A stretch of DNA of 64,000 nt from Vicugna vicugna (lineage: Eukaryota), in contig MU063048.1 of the NCBI GenBank assembly GCA_013265495.1, forward strand, positions 4,154,001 to 4,218,000, written 5' to 3'. Positions 1 to 12,157 of the stretch are shown one piece after another (the first letter of the stretch is position 1; each line of letters starts with the position of its first letter). The notes under the pieces are model-generated. The model did not search any database and was not told the origin of the DNA. It saw only the letters and a list, made by a program, of their open reading frames with translations. Position numbers and translations under genes: made by a program.

Positions 1-1389
1 GTGGGCAGGATCACCCAGACCCACCTGGGAGCCCATGGCCGGACGGGCGTGGGCAGGTTCGCACTGCGTCTGTGTGTCCGACCTTGAAGCCAAATCCACG
101 TTCCGGTCCTCCCGCCCCCGTCTCAGTGGGGCTCCGGTTCCCAGGAGAGGGGAGTGGCCGGCGAGGGCAGCTCCTGCTGGCAGGGTCGCTTACGCTGACA
201 CGTGCGGGAGTCAGAATCCATGGGCCCGTGGGTCCGATGAGGAGGAAGGAGAGAGCGAGGCTGTGGGCAGAGTGGCTGTGATTTTCCTGTGGGTCCTCAC
301 GCCGAGCGCGGGCCCTGAGAGGACAGAGGAACCGCTTTCCCGTGGGCTGTGCATCCGGGATGGGGGCCTATTCTCGGGTTGGGTGTGAATCACCTCCCAC
401 CTGTCCCCAGCGGGGATGGCCGGTCCCAGGGCGCAGCCCCCTCCCCTGGCTGCCCAGGGAGGGGACGTGGCAAACAACCCGGCGGGCCACCCCCTACCCC
501 AGAGGGAGTGAGAGGCACCCAACACCTCCGCAGCCCGTCGGCAAGTCCGGTCGGCTCACCCGCCCTGGACCGCGGTGCTGAGGGAGTGGCCCTCGCCCCG
601 CTCCTCTTGAATGTGTTTGCAGAGGGCCAGCCCTTCCCTGTGGTCATCGGGTCTGTGTGACTAAATACAGACGGAAGCCTGATGTCTGTCCCCAGCGGCC
701 ACCTGCCTGGCCGCGTCTCTCCCCTCCCAGCAGCCTCTCAGCGTGGCTGGGCCCTCGTCGTCCCCTGCTCACAGCGTGATCAGTTTGGGGTGAACACGGT
801 GCCGTGGCCACCGCTTTCAGCGCTCTGTGGCGGGGACCGCTGCCTGTCTGTGTCCATTGTGGCGCCTTGTCCACGTGTCCAACTCAGAACCCCCTCCTCT
901 CCTCCCCTAGCTGATAACACCAGGTGGTTCTGCTCCCAGCCTCCTCCGAAATCCAAACCAAACACCCGTTTCACACTGGAAACACTCTCCTTTCCCTTTC
1001 TGCATTCTTTCTGCATTTTTCATGATGTGGCTCTTTTTTTTTTTTTTAAAGCAATTCAGTCTCTCTTCTGTCCTCCTTGCTCGGTCTTTATAATTTTTCC
1101 AGACACCTGGACTTCACGCCCAGGTCTGTGTGTCACGGGCGCAGACGTGACCTGTGCGCCTGCTTCTCGGCCTGAGTCCAGGCGAGGTGGCAGCCCTCCT
1201 GCGCCTTCTGTCTGGGCACCTGGTGCCGGACGCGCACTGAGGACCAGAGGCGCAGCCGTGGCTGCTCACGGAGACCACCGCTGCCGCGCTGGTCCGTTCA
1301 TCTCGAGGAGGCACGGGCATACTGGTGGCCGGGCAATCGGGAGTGAAGATAGAGCCCCACCTGAAAGCCGGGTGTTCCATTATCTTCCC

Positions 1390-1546
1390 CTTCAGCCCGA
1401 CTCACCGCACAAAGGGTGTTGTGCTCAACCGCACAAAAGTGCTGGGAGGGTAAATGCATCTTCAGCCCGACTCACCGCCCGCTGCCCGGGCGTCTAAGAG
1501 AAGGGTGTTGTGCTCAACCGCACAAAAGTGCTGGGAGGGTAAATGC
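1390..1546 (+). repeat. Near-perfect two-copy tandem duplication
   Basis: 19-mer cttcagcccgactcaccgc at 1390 and 1460; identical 46-mer aagggtgttg...gggtaaatgc at 1412 and 1501. The spacer is 3 nt in copy 1 and 22 nt in copy 2. Confidence 0.95.
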
Positions 1547-4500
1547 CTGTTTGTGAAGCGCGCTGAGAGCACACGATCAAAGACGCCAAATTGGTGTAAA
1601 TCGGTGTGATTGTTATCAGCGGAAACTCCCCAGGCCTGCCTCTGGATTAACGTGCCTGCGTCAGTCAGCACCCCTGGGCCCGCCCTGAAGCCCCAGCCTC
1701 TCCCTTCTGTCTCGGGGGCGTCTGTCCCTCCAGGTGTCGGAGGGACTCAGGGGGTCGTGGAAGGTCACACAGAGGACACGTGTCAGGTGCCGGCCGACCC
1801 TGGGGCGAGGGGTTGGAGCAGGTTTGTGGGGCACTGGGGTGACTGTCTTGAGGCCGCCTGGCGCTGGCACATTCCTGTCCCATGTCGTCATCCCGTGTGG
1901 CTGGCTCACTCAGGCTGGCTGCAAAGATGGCTTTCCCAGCCTTCCCAAGGCACTTAAGGGGGAAACCAGGGGGCCCCAGCGGTCTCGGGTGAAGACGGAC
2001 TGGCAGCACAGAGATAAGCGAGGTGGACTGAGCTGTGGAAATTGTGAGGCGTACCCCAAATTGCAGGCTGTGGGGGGGCAGGTTCCCTGCCAACAGCAGC
2101 AAAACGGGTTCCGCCTTCACTCGCCAGCGACGGGTTTCACTTTGGATGTAAAAGCCAGTGCTGTTCTGGGTGTACAACCCCCACCACCCGTGCCCTTAGG
2201 GAAGTGACCAGAGACCAGTTAAAAGCGAACTGTCCCCTCAGGCGGTGAGCAGGATGCAGGCGTGCTGTTAAGGGCGGCCCCTCGCCCGTGGCTCCCAGCC
2301 TGGGATCCGGGAAGCTGGTGAAAGTGCAGTTTTCTGGGGCGCATCCTCCAAGCAGGCGCGCAGTGCGGGGCCCAGGCCTCTGCAGGGACGGGGTGGGTCC
2401 CCGGTCGGGGCAGCGGCGCCCCGTCTGCCATCGGGTGACACAGCCAGCTCGGCTCTCCCCACCCGTCCTCAGCCTCGTTGAGAGTCAGACGAAGGCCGGT
2501 TCTCCCCAGGGGAAGCGTGTGATTCCGGGCATCCATCCTTCCCCTCCAGGCGTCCACGCCGAGCGAGTCAAACCGCAGTGGGGCTCGCCCCGTGCCCCGC
2601 TGGCCCCGTGTGCTCGCTGGGCTCCGGTGTCCTCTGTGGGGTGTGTTTCCTAAATGCTCGTCCCAAGCGGCTAGAGCTTCCACGTGTGTCATCTGGTGAT
2701 GTCGTCCCCTCCACAAGTCAGTGGCCAAGCCCCCTGTGACTGCGGTGGGCACTTAGGGAACGGGGCTGGCTCTCCCCTACCCAGCAGAGCGTGGAGATAC
2801 TCCACCCCCGGGGAGGAGAGTCTTGGGACCCGCACGGTGAACTTGGCAGCCTCAGAAGATCGTTCACCGATGAAAGTTGATGGTAGCAATGTAGGAGTCG
2901 AGGCCTTGGGCCCAGACAGTCTTGGTTTCCCCCAGTGCCTTCGAGGAGATGCGGTCCAAGTGGGCTGCAGCCGAGGGCTCCCTGGCCGCGTCTTTGCAGC
3001 CGTGTGTCTTGGACTCTTTGTGACAAAGGCCCCCCACCCCGACAGCGCCCTGAGCACCTCTCTGATCGGCTGAAGGTTTGTGACACAAGACCCGCTGATT
3101 CTGGGTTTAATGACTGAGCATGCGAGCCCCACGGACGTGCACGGGAAAGGGGAGAGGGAGTCAGCCGGCCGCGGCAGGCGGCAGATCCATCAGTTTGACT
3201 GATCGTCTCCGCCGGGCTGACGCGTGGGTCCGCTGTGTCGTTCGGGCCGCAGGCGCGTGTGCGCACAGAGCTTCCCCGTCCGGTGGGCGGGGGTGTCGGC
3301 CGAGCGCTGGGACCGGCCGACTTGACAGACGTGCTGAGGTAAACAGCCTGGCTTCTGCGGGGACGTGTTGACAAGCAGTGATTCTCGGGAAGCCCCCAGC
3401 TGAGCCTAGGCTCAGACTTCGGGGATTTAGGCAATATGAAAGCGATCTCTTAAGATCTGAGATCTTTCCCATCAGGCGAGCTCGTTCGGGTTGGGGCTTG
3501 TGTTGTCGTTGTATATACACACGCGAGTTTTACTGTTTCCCAGAGACAGTCGGGCAGTTAAGCCAAAGCCGTTGTGCGGGGTGCAGACTCGTCCCCCCCG
3601 AGGGCCCCGCTGTCGAGGGGGCAGGTTTACAGCTAAAGACGGTTTCCAGGGAGAGACACGACTTCTTCCTTTCCCCCAAACTTCAAACCCTCAGTCCCAG
3701 CTCAAAAGCCTGGTTCCAGCGTGACTCCCTGAGAAGCCTCTCTTCCTCTCTTCCTCTGGCGGAAGCACCATCTCAAGGCTGCGTGAGGGCAGCCTCAGAG
3801 TCTCAGGAGGCCGAGGGCTGAGCCTCGTCGGCTCCCATGAGCTCGGGCCGAGCATCTGGCCCGGCCCTGCTGGGGCACCGGGGCAGCTGTCCTGCGGAGG
3901 TCCCTGGGTCCGACCCCCAAGGGGGTGTGACGCGCTGCCCTGCGGTCAGGCTGTCCTGGAAGCCGCCTTCTGCCTGCGACCTCCAGTCACTCGCAGGCCC
4001 CCGGCTCTCCTCTGTGGCACAGGCCGTGCTTGCCCCGCCCGGTGGCCTCAACTGCAAAGCCAGGAACAGAGTTAGGCGACACATTCAGAGGACACCAGCC
4101 ATCCAACCACCTGCAGGGGCGAGGTTGGGAGCCACGACAGGCCTGCCGCAGGTCCGCGGATCCTGCTCTCCCCCAGCGCTTCCCCGGGCAGGGGTGGTGG
4201 CCCCGCTGGGGCGCGTCGCCCACTGTGTCACCTGTCCTCCTGTGGGGCTGGCACTTACTTAGAGCGGTGCTGCTGGTTCACGTTTAAAGGAAAAGTCAAA
4301 GCTGTGAGATACGGCCCAGTGGGACGTGAGCCCCGGTGGTTGCTGGCTTTCCCGGGTGACGGGCTCTCCCCTGGGGCCCTGAAGGCCCACCTGCTGTCAG
4401 GGTGTCCGTCGGAATTCTTAGAGGAGATGGCGCGACTGAACAAGAAGAACGTCCTCCTGGAGTTTACGGAGTTTGTAATGCGCAGAGGTGGAGGAGAGAC

Positions 4501-7500
4501 CTGCTTCTCCCACGATCTGAGCCAGTTCATCCCACTTGTCCAAAGTGATGGCACTTCTCCCCAGGACCCTCTTTGTTCCCAGACGGCATCCTGAGCAGTG
4601 AGGCCTGGGCCGCCCGGTGGCAGGTCCCCACCCCACCGGGTCCCCACTCAGGCCCGTCCTGCTCGGGACAGCCTGGCGGCTCGCTGGCGGTGCTGGTGGA
4701 GAGGGCCTGCCGGGCACCACAGTGACCGCCTTCCCACCCAAGAGGTCTGGGACACGCCGCCTTCTGTTCACGCGAGTCCTGGCCTCGTGACAAGTGGCTC
4801 GTGGCCACGCTCTCCAGGCCTGACGGGGTGAGGACCAGACCTTCCCCATCGGTGCTTCTGGACAACTCCTCTCTGAGCCATTGACGTGGGTGGAAGGGGT
4901 TTATGTTGCTGACCCCTTTCCTTGGAGGAAATGCATAGGAAGTTTAATTTCCTGTGTGACTAGGGGGTGCGCAGCCTATTCGGTGAAGTTGGTGCAATGA
5001 TACATCGGTCCTTGGAACGTGCTCCTCCCAGAAATCATGTTTCAAGTGCTGTTAGGGCCCGGCGCTGCCCGGCCAAAGCCTGTTTTCCTGGGAACATGTC
5101 TGAAGTGCTAGTTAAAATACTGTGACTAGTCCCCAGGGTGGTTTCTCCGTGGAGGCGCATGTCCTGAGCTCCAGCCTGGTCCTTCCAGAGTGGGCGGTGG
5201 GGAGGACAGGAGGCAGCCTCTGGGGTCAGCCCGTGCGGTGGCCCCCCAACCCGGTGAAGCTCTGACTCCTCATGCGGGCTGGCCAGTCTGACCTTAAAGC
5301 ATCTTCTCCCCTTTGAGGCCTGGAAGGACCTTTATGTGACGGACGGGTCAGGGATGGGAAGATAGATGCTTTGAAAAATCAGTCTTTTGACCTTGAAACC
5401 TTACAAGTGGGTTTTGCTTTTCTTCAAGTCACAGAAATGCACGGTGACCAGAGACGTGGTTCTCGTGGCACGTGGAGATGTAATTTTAATTCCTTCCCTT
5501 CCCAACCAATAATAATATTGAAATTTGGGGTAAACAACATTTGAGAGGCGCTGAAACTTGAGACTCACTTAACTGCTAAAATACTACCCTCTTGTCCACA
5601 GACCACTCCTGTGAATGTTTCCACGCCCAGTTCAGTTGACAGCAAGTTTGGAAAGTCACAAGCAAGGCACTAGTGAGGATGCTGAGGGCTTCCTCGCCAG
5701 CCCTGAGACACTGGCATGAGGGTTCGCCCTCGGAGTAACGTCCTTAGGGCTCAGAGGCCTTTGGACAGGACAGCATCCGGTCCCGAGGGTTTGCACGAGA
5801 CTTCAGACGAACACGACGCACAGATGCCTTCATCCAGACAGCGGAGTGACTGAGCAGAGAGTCCGGGACGAAGTGCAGGGGGAGAGAACAGGTCAGACAG
5901 GGTGCCCGCAGCGGCGGGGGGCGCCTGGCCACGGGGAGGAGCAGTGGACGGTCACCCAGGCTGCGCGGGATGCTGGCCTATGCAGGCTTCCCCCAGCCCC
6001 CCGACAAGCAAGTGTCCCCTTAAAGTGGGAAAAGAAAGGAGCATTTTAGCCACAGACCTCAGCGTTGTTCGTTGGTTAAAATAAAACTTGAGGCAGGAGG
6101 CGAGTGTGTCCACCGGGTGTCCAATTAGAAGGAGCAGGGGGGACCCGCGCCGCCCCCCACCTCCCGCCAGCGCCGAGTCTTTGGTTCCAACTCCTCCCTC
6201 CCTCCCTGGTGCACGTCACCCCTGCTGCCCCGGCCCTTCCTCGTTGTTCTCAGCTGCGGAGCCGCCAGGACAACCTTCCGAAGCACAACCCACGTGTCCC
6301 TCCTGCCCGGCGTCTTCCGGACCCGTCACCCTGACCTCACTGTCTGGCTCCGGCCAGGGGGACCCGGGAGCCCACCGCCTCCCAGGATGGGATGTGACCT
6401 CGTGCCCTGACCCCCGGCTCCTGAGCTCCCAGGGGCGCTGGGCTTCCTTCCCCCGACACCTGCACGCCACCCCAGGTGAACCGTCCACCCCACGCGGTCC
6501 CAGACCCAGGCTCCCACAGTCCAGAAGCTCTGGAGACACTGGCGTGTTTCTAGTGTCCCAGGCGGCAGCGAAGTCCGGCCTGCCCCGGCCCAGGACGCAT
6601 CCATGTCGTCTAGTGTGGACGCTCACCGTTTCCCATTGTTTTGCTGAAGAAGCATGAGTCTGATTACAGGGAACTGGGGCTGGATTAACGTGGCCGCATG
6701 ACCAGCGTCCAGCTCTCAGGAGGACAATGGGGGCGCTGGCAGAGGCTCCCCAGGACAGGGCAGACGGGCACTGTCCTGGACGGACCAGGGCGGAGGTTCA
6801 CCTGTGTGTGCGACACACATCACACTGTCCTCAAAGCCAAAAGCGCCAATTCCAGAGTGCTCCCCAAAGGTTCACATGAGCACCCGTGTCTGACGGCTGT
6901 TCTGCACCACTTTCCGCACGCACATGGAGGGAGGGGTTCTGTGCACACGCGTGCTTAGCCATCGGTGCCTGGTGCTTGAATGGATGTGAACATCCGCCCC
7001 TTCGGCTTCAGTGGGGTTTCCTGGCCGTGCGAACAGTGGGCACGTCGTTCTGGGAAGTCTGTCCCGCACTTTCACCCAGAGTGTCGTCACCGGATACTCC
7101 AGCAGCACTTAACGTCCAGCTGTACCGGAGCTGTGACCCACCACCATCAGGCACCAGGAAAGGGCCCCCACAGCTGGCCGGCCGGACACGCGTGGGTCAG
7201 CCTCTGCGGCGTGGAGGCTCCGGGGCAGCTCTGCAGGGGCGGGTCGCACGCGGGCGTCTTCTTACCACCTCGTCCACGGCAGCATCCTGCAGGGGTGTCT
7301 GTCTGTCCAGCCCCTCTTTTGTGGATGTTCTTTGAGCCCCGTGGTTCCTCCTCTCCAGGCTCGCCGCCTCCCATGGAACCTCCACGGGGACTTCCTTTTC
7401 CGTGGGCCCCTCCTCACCCGTCCCCTGCAGCGGGTCCTGCCTCGCGGGGCCCACCCAGCTCAGAGCCGCCCTGTTCACACACACGTCCCCCATGCAGGCA

Positions 7501-9659
7501 GGGCGCCCACCCCACAGGCATCTGTCCTGGAACCCTCTGCCTTTTCGCAGGCTGTGCCACCCTCAGAGGCTTGCTCCCCCCTCGATGGCCCCGCCGCATA
7601 GACAGTCCGCAGCGCACACCTCGGTCCTCGTTAAGGCGCTGTTACTTGTTGGCCGACGGTTGTCAGTCCTGAGCTTGTCCCCTTAGCAAAGGTGTTCGCG
7701 CGTTAGAGTAGAGGCCTGCGTCTCATCTTGCCGGTGCCCCCTCCACGGTCCTGTCACTGAGACAGATGGATGACGGGTGCCTCGTCCTGCGGGGCCAGGG
7801 CCCTGGAGAGTCAGGTGCACTGGCACCCAGGGTCACGTCTGCTGTGCGGGAGGGCCATGTTCCTAACCTTACTGTCACAAAAAGCCCCTGCCAGGGGTGA
7901 AGGGGAGGGGAGGAGGGGTGTGATACTTCAAGTCCTAAACCTGGATCCGAAAACCAAGCCACAAGGAGACACCGCCAGACGGCCCCGCACCTGGGACAGC
8001 CTGTGGTCGCGCTGTCTGCACCTCAGGGTGAACCGGGAGAGGCCAGGGTTCTGGGGACGCAGTCCTGCCCTGGTGGCGTTCGTGGTGGGTGTCCGGTGCA
8101 TTACCGGGTGAGGGGAGGAGGCTGTGTCTCTTGATTGATGCAAAATAGCTGTTCTTCCCAGTACAGAAAAGCCAGGTACAGAAGCAACATTAAGAAAAGC
8201 TTCTTGAATGGAAGTTCCTGAACACTGGAGCTGCAGGCAGCTCTTTGGTATGACGGGGCATGTTTGGATATGTTGTGCATCACTTCAGGGTGGAGCTGGA
8301 GATAAGGGAGGTGAACTGGGGTTCACGGCAACCCTCAGAACTTTTCCAGACTCTCGGTTAAACCGTCTGCTCATCCCGGGGGAGGGGGGTGGCGGGGGGA
8401 GAGAGAAGCAGAGGGCGGGGAGGGGCCACAGGACTGTGCCCCGCGGGGCGCCAGCCCTGGGACTCAGGCAGTCAGTGCTCGTGCTGCGTCCTTGTCCTGT
8501 TTGGGGGAGATTTCAGCTCTTCCAGCCAAACTTGCGGCCACTGCGAGCCTCGGCGCCTGCCCAGCACATCCCGTCCTCTGCATGTGTGGGCTGGCATACA
8601 GCACGTTGGGAGACCCTCCGTGGACAGTGCCCTGGGATGCGGCCGCCGTCCTAGGTCAGCGCGCCTGACCGCTGCCCTCCTTGGCAGGGGCCCCACGGGG
8701 CCGTCACGGAAGAAATGATCTTCCAGGGAGGAGCAACTCCCGGGGCGGCAGAGGGGCTGAGGCTGCGTGCTGACTGAGCTCCGCGTCCTCGAGACCCACG
8801 GTGCTTTCATCCCGCAGCCCTGCTGCCGGCCAGCTGCATGAACTCGGGCAAGCCTTGGCGTCCTCGTGCTTAAAGCGGGAGCGTCGTTTCTACTTCACAG
8901 CGTCGTCCCGGAGAGTAAGATGGGTGCACATAAACGCAGCTGCCTGTGGGCGAGTGCTCCCCACCCGGTTAAGACGGGGGGACTGTGCTTGTGGCAACGG
9001 AGTCTTGCTCTCTGAAGGAGGCAGAAGCCATCCACGGCCAGCCTTGTCCACGGATGTCAGGTGCTTCCGCGTGTCCAGTGAGCGAACTGTGCACGGAGGA
9101 ACAGAGACCAGACTCTCCCTCCCCAGCACGTGCGAAACATCTGGAAAAGTGCTTCTCGGTGCGCTGGACTCCAGGCCGTGGAGGACAGTGACCCTGAGAA
9201 GTGGAAACAGCTGAACACACCCTCTCAGTGCCCCGGCCCCGCCGCGCGCGAGTGTCCAGGGCAGCGCCGGCAGACTCCCCGCGATGGGAGGACAGGAGGA
9301 CGCGGGACGGAGCAGCTCGGACGGCCCCGGGCATCTGCCGTGTGCCCCCCCTGCAGCCCCCCCGTTGATGCCGGAGTGTGCTGACCAGCATGTGCGTGTG
9401 AGGAAGCCAGCCGAGGCCGGGAGGACCACCACCAGGCTTAGCGCGCCCGGCATTCACACGGCGCCTGCTGGGAACGGGCAGACCCGCAGGCGCGGGTCGG
9501 AGCTGGAGGGTCTCGCCTCTGCAGGGTTTACTAGCCCTGCGCTGGGCGCTGGGCCAGGCCTGCCTGACAGAGCTTCAGAGGAAGACCCAGAGGACGACAC
9601 TGCTTCCCGGTGAGCTAGCTGTGTCCCGGGGCAACATGCCAGAGTGCTTGCAACAATAC

Positions 9660-10400
9660 AGACACGTCTACTGCCCCACGAGGTAAACTTCACAACGTAT
9701 GGCGTCCAACCAAAAATCACCACCTTTACAGGAGGGTACGTCCCCTAGTGAGGAGGAAAAGAATCTAGGAAAGCCAGCCTAGAACTGGCACAGATGCTGA
9801 CGTCGGCGGCAGGGACCTGAAGCCGGTTTTCAGACCCTGCTCCACGTGTCAAGAGTTAGGCAGAAGGAAGACAGTTGGACCCGAAGAGACGAAATCCGTA
9901 CGGTCCGCCGTGGAAGTCCTGTCGGGCGGATTTAACGGCAGATGACCCTGCGGAAGGAAAGACCGGTGGCCTGGAAGCCCCAGCAGCGCAGAGCCGACCA
10001 AAACGGGCACAGGAAATGCGCTCTTCAAAGAACGAGCAGTGTCAGGCCTGCAGGACCACTTCAGGCGCCCTCAAGTACACATGGTCGGGGCCCTGCAGAG
10101 GGGAGGGCAGAAGAGATGTTTGAAGAAACAAGGAATAGAGTTTTTCCAAATTTCATGAACACTATAAACGCACAGATCCAAGAAGCTCAACCAACCCCAA
10201 GCACAAAACCACAGGGAAGTTGCGCCTCGCTGCCTCGTAATCAAACGGCACAGCGACACAGAGAGCAGACAGAGGACCCGCGCGCACGGGGCCAGAGACG
10301 AGGGTGTGTCGTCATGGCCCTACACAGCTGCCGCGGCGGGAAGGCCACGCTGTGCCCTGGCAGGCGGCTCCGCGGCCCGACCGGGGGACGCCCGTGAGGC
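9660..10400 (+). mobile_element. Ancient LINE-1 (L1M-type) 5' fragment, ORF1 relic
   Basis: Translation EEMFEETRNRVFPNFMNTINAQIQEAQPTPST resembles L1 ORF1p (EKIFEEIMAENFPNLMK.INPQIQEAQRTP). Upstream DNA resembles the recalled L1M ORF1 start. Boundaries are approximate. Confidence 0.75.
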
Positions 10401-12121
10401 GGTTCCCAGAGCTGCTCCGGGAGCATCGTGAACCAAGACTGTGCAAGGTGATCCTTGTAGAAGCAGCGCTGGTGCGTGGCAGCGTGCAGCCGCTGCGCTG
10501 GCTTAGCAGGCGCTGTCTTCGCCCTCGGTCTTGCCTGCGGTTACGCCTCGGCCTCACTCGACCTGTGCTGTTGAATATTCACTTACTAGACCAGGCAGTG
10601 TCCACTCGACGGAAGGCGACCACGGCTCTGATCGAACTTGATTGGTTTCTCAGAAGGTGTTGAAGATCCCCGGCCGCAGGACGCTGGGGCACACGGAGTC
10701 TGTGTTGCAGTGGGCGGAAGGGAGGCGGCTCGGACAGCAGCCCTGGGAATGGAACAGCAGAGGGGAGGGAGGGAGAGCTGCATGCCGTGGGTGGCGGAGT
10801 GGGCCCTGGAGTTAGCAGTTGACCTGCTCAGGTCGCCACCGTGTGTATGACGGATGCTGCAGTGCCTGGTTCAGAGGTGTGGGTGTTGTTCTGGGCCCTG
10901 CCTCTCGCAGCTCCACGCCGGCTGTGACTCAGGCAGGGGCTCTGGGTTGCTCCACCGCCGGATGGCTTGACTCATGAGACAGTTCATTCAGAGAATAAAA
11001 GCCACTTCATAGTGGCTAGTGAAAGCTTTTCAGTACTCATTGCAAAGTTGTTGAGAGCCCGACACTTAAGTAATTTTATGGGCTCTCTCCGCTCATGAGT
11101 GCAGGCCCTGGGGGTGGGGCACAGTCAAGGGAGGAGGAGGGGGCGTGGAGGGCTCGCCCTTCCGTGTCTGCATCCGGCCCAGGGCGAACGCGGGGCCCCA
11201 CGCCGCCCATCCTCTCCAGTGGCTTCGGACGGACCCCCAACACGGCTGACAGTCTGATGGTCCCCTGGTGCTGATGGGGGCACAGGAGGTCCCGTTTCAG
11301 AGCCTCATGTCTCAGTGCAGCCCTCACAACAGGACTGTTCTTTAAGAAAGTCATCCAGCAGCCGCGACGGTAGACACGTGTGTTCTCCGAGGCAGGTTAG
11401 GAGATTCCAGTGCAGATGACAGTGTGCCAGGCCCACCGCTTACCTCCTGCCGAAGTTTGTGTTTGTATGGAGAGCTGACTCTTTTTAACTGAATCCCATT
11501 CCTCGAATAGATACAAGTCTGGAGAAGCGCTGCTCCGGAACCCCGCACGCCCCTCCCAAGGGCAGCTGGCGCCTTTGTGGGGCTGCTGCTTTATGTGATC
11601 CTAACGCCCCAGTCGAAGACTCTCCCAGCAGTGTGTCAGAAATAAGCTGAGCTCGACGTGGGAGGGTCAAGTCCCCAGACAGATGCTCGCGCTTGGCTTG
11701 TACCGGAGGGAGTGGCCTCCTGCGAGCGCCGAGGGCTGTGATGCCGCGACCGGGGACGTGTGCGGACCGTGGCCGGGACAGCGGTACCGGGGCAGAGCCG
11801 ACAGGAGGGAGGACTCAGGCCATCCCAGAGGGCGGCGGGAACTGGAGGCAGACTGGCGTGGGAGCAGGTCAGAGCTGGGTCCCACCCAGCCCTTCCCGCC
11901 GCGGGGCCGTGGCCACCTTCCGGGTTTCCGCCCAAATGGCGGGCGTGACACCCACCCTGCTGGGTCTCGGGGACCAGGAGGAACAGTCAGCCCGACACGC
12001 GCTCGGCTCCCAGCACCTGCGGCGGGCACTTCTGCCGGGCCCTCTCCTCTGGACCCCACTCCTCCTTCAGCGAGCCCCCTTCCCGCCCCTGGACTGGGAA
12101 ACCCACTCCCGAATCAGCCCT

Positions 12122-12157
12122 GCCGCCTGCTCCCGCCAGGCCGCCTGCTCCCGCCAG
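12122..12157 (+). repeat. Perfect 18-bp tandem repeat, 2 copies (gccgcctgctcccgccag)
   Basis: Read directly from the sequence. Confidence 0.9.

Noticed and set aside
1390-1546. CRISPR-like repeat-spacer reading of the duplication
   Set aside because: Only two copies in mammalian DNA with no cas genes. It is a simple local duplication.
3400-3415. Perfect 16-bp palindrome CTGAGCCTAGGCTCAG
   Set aside because: About one such palindrome is expected by chance in 64 kb.
4304-4594. ORF with a protein-like stretch EFLEEMARLNKKNVLLEFTEFV
   Set aside because: GTG start, no family I can recognise and no supporting splice structure. A TBLASTN or PhyloCSF signal would be needed to revive it.
10925-11090. 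Two AP-1 heptamers (TGACTCA at 10925 and 10968) and two short inverted repeats
   Set aside because: The 7-8 bp stems and isolated heptamers are within chance expectation, with no independent support.
11410-11820. Possible DNA-transposon (Tigger/MER-like) relic
   Set aside because: Only a vague resemblance. I could not identify terminal inverted repeats or a family, so RepeatMasker is needed.
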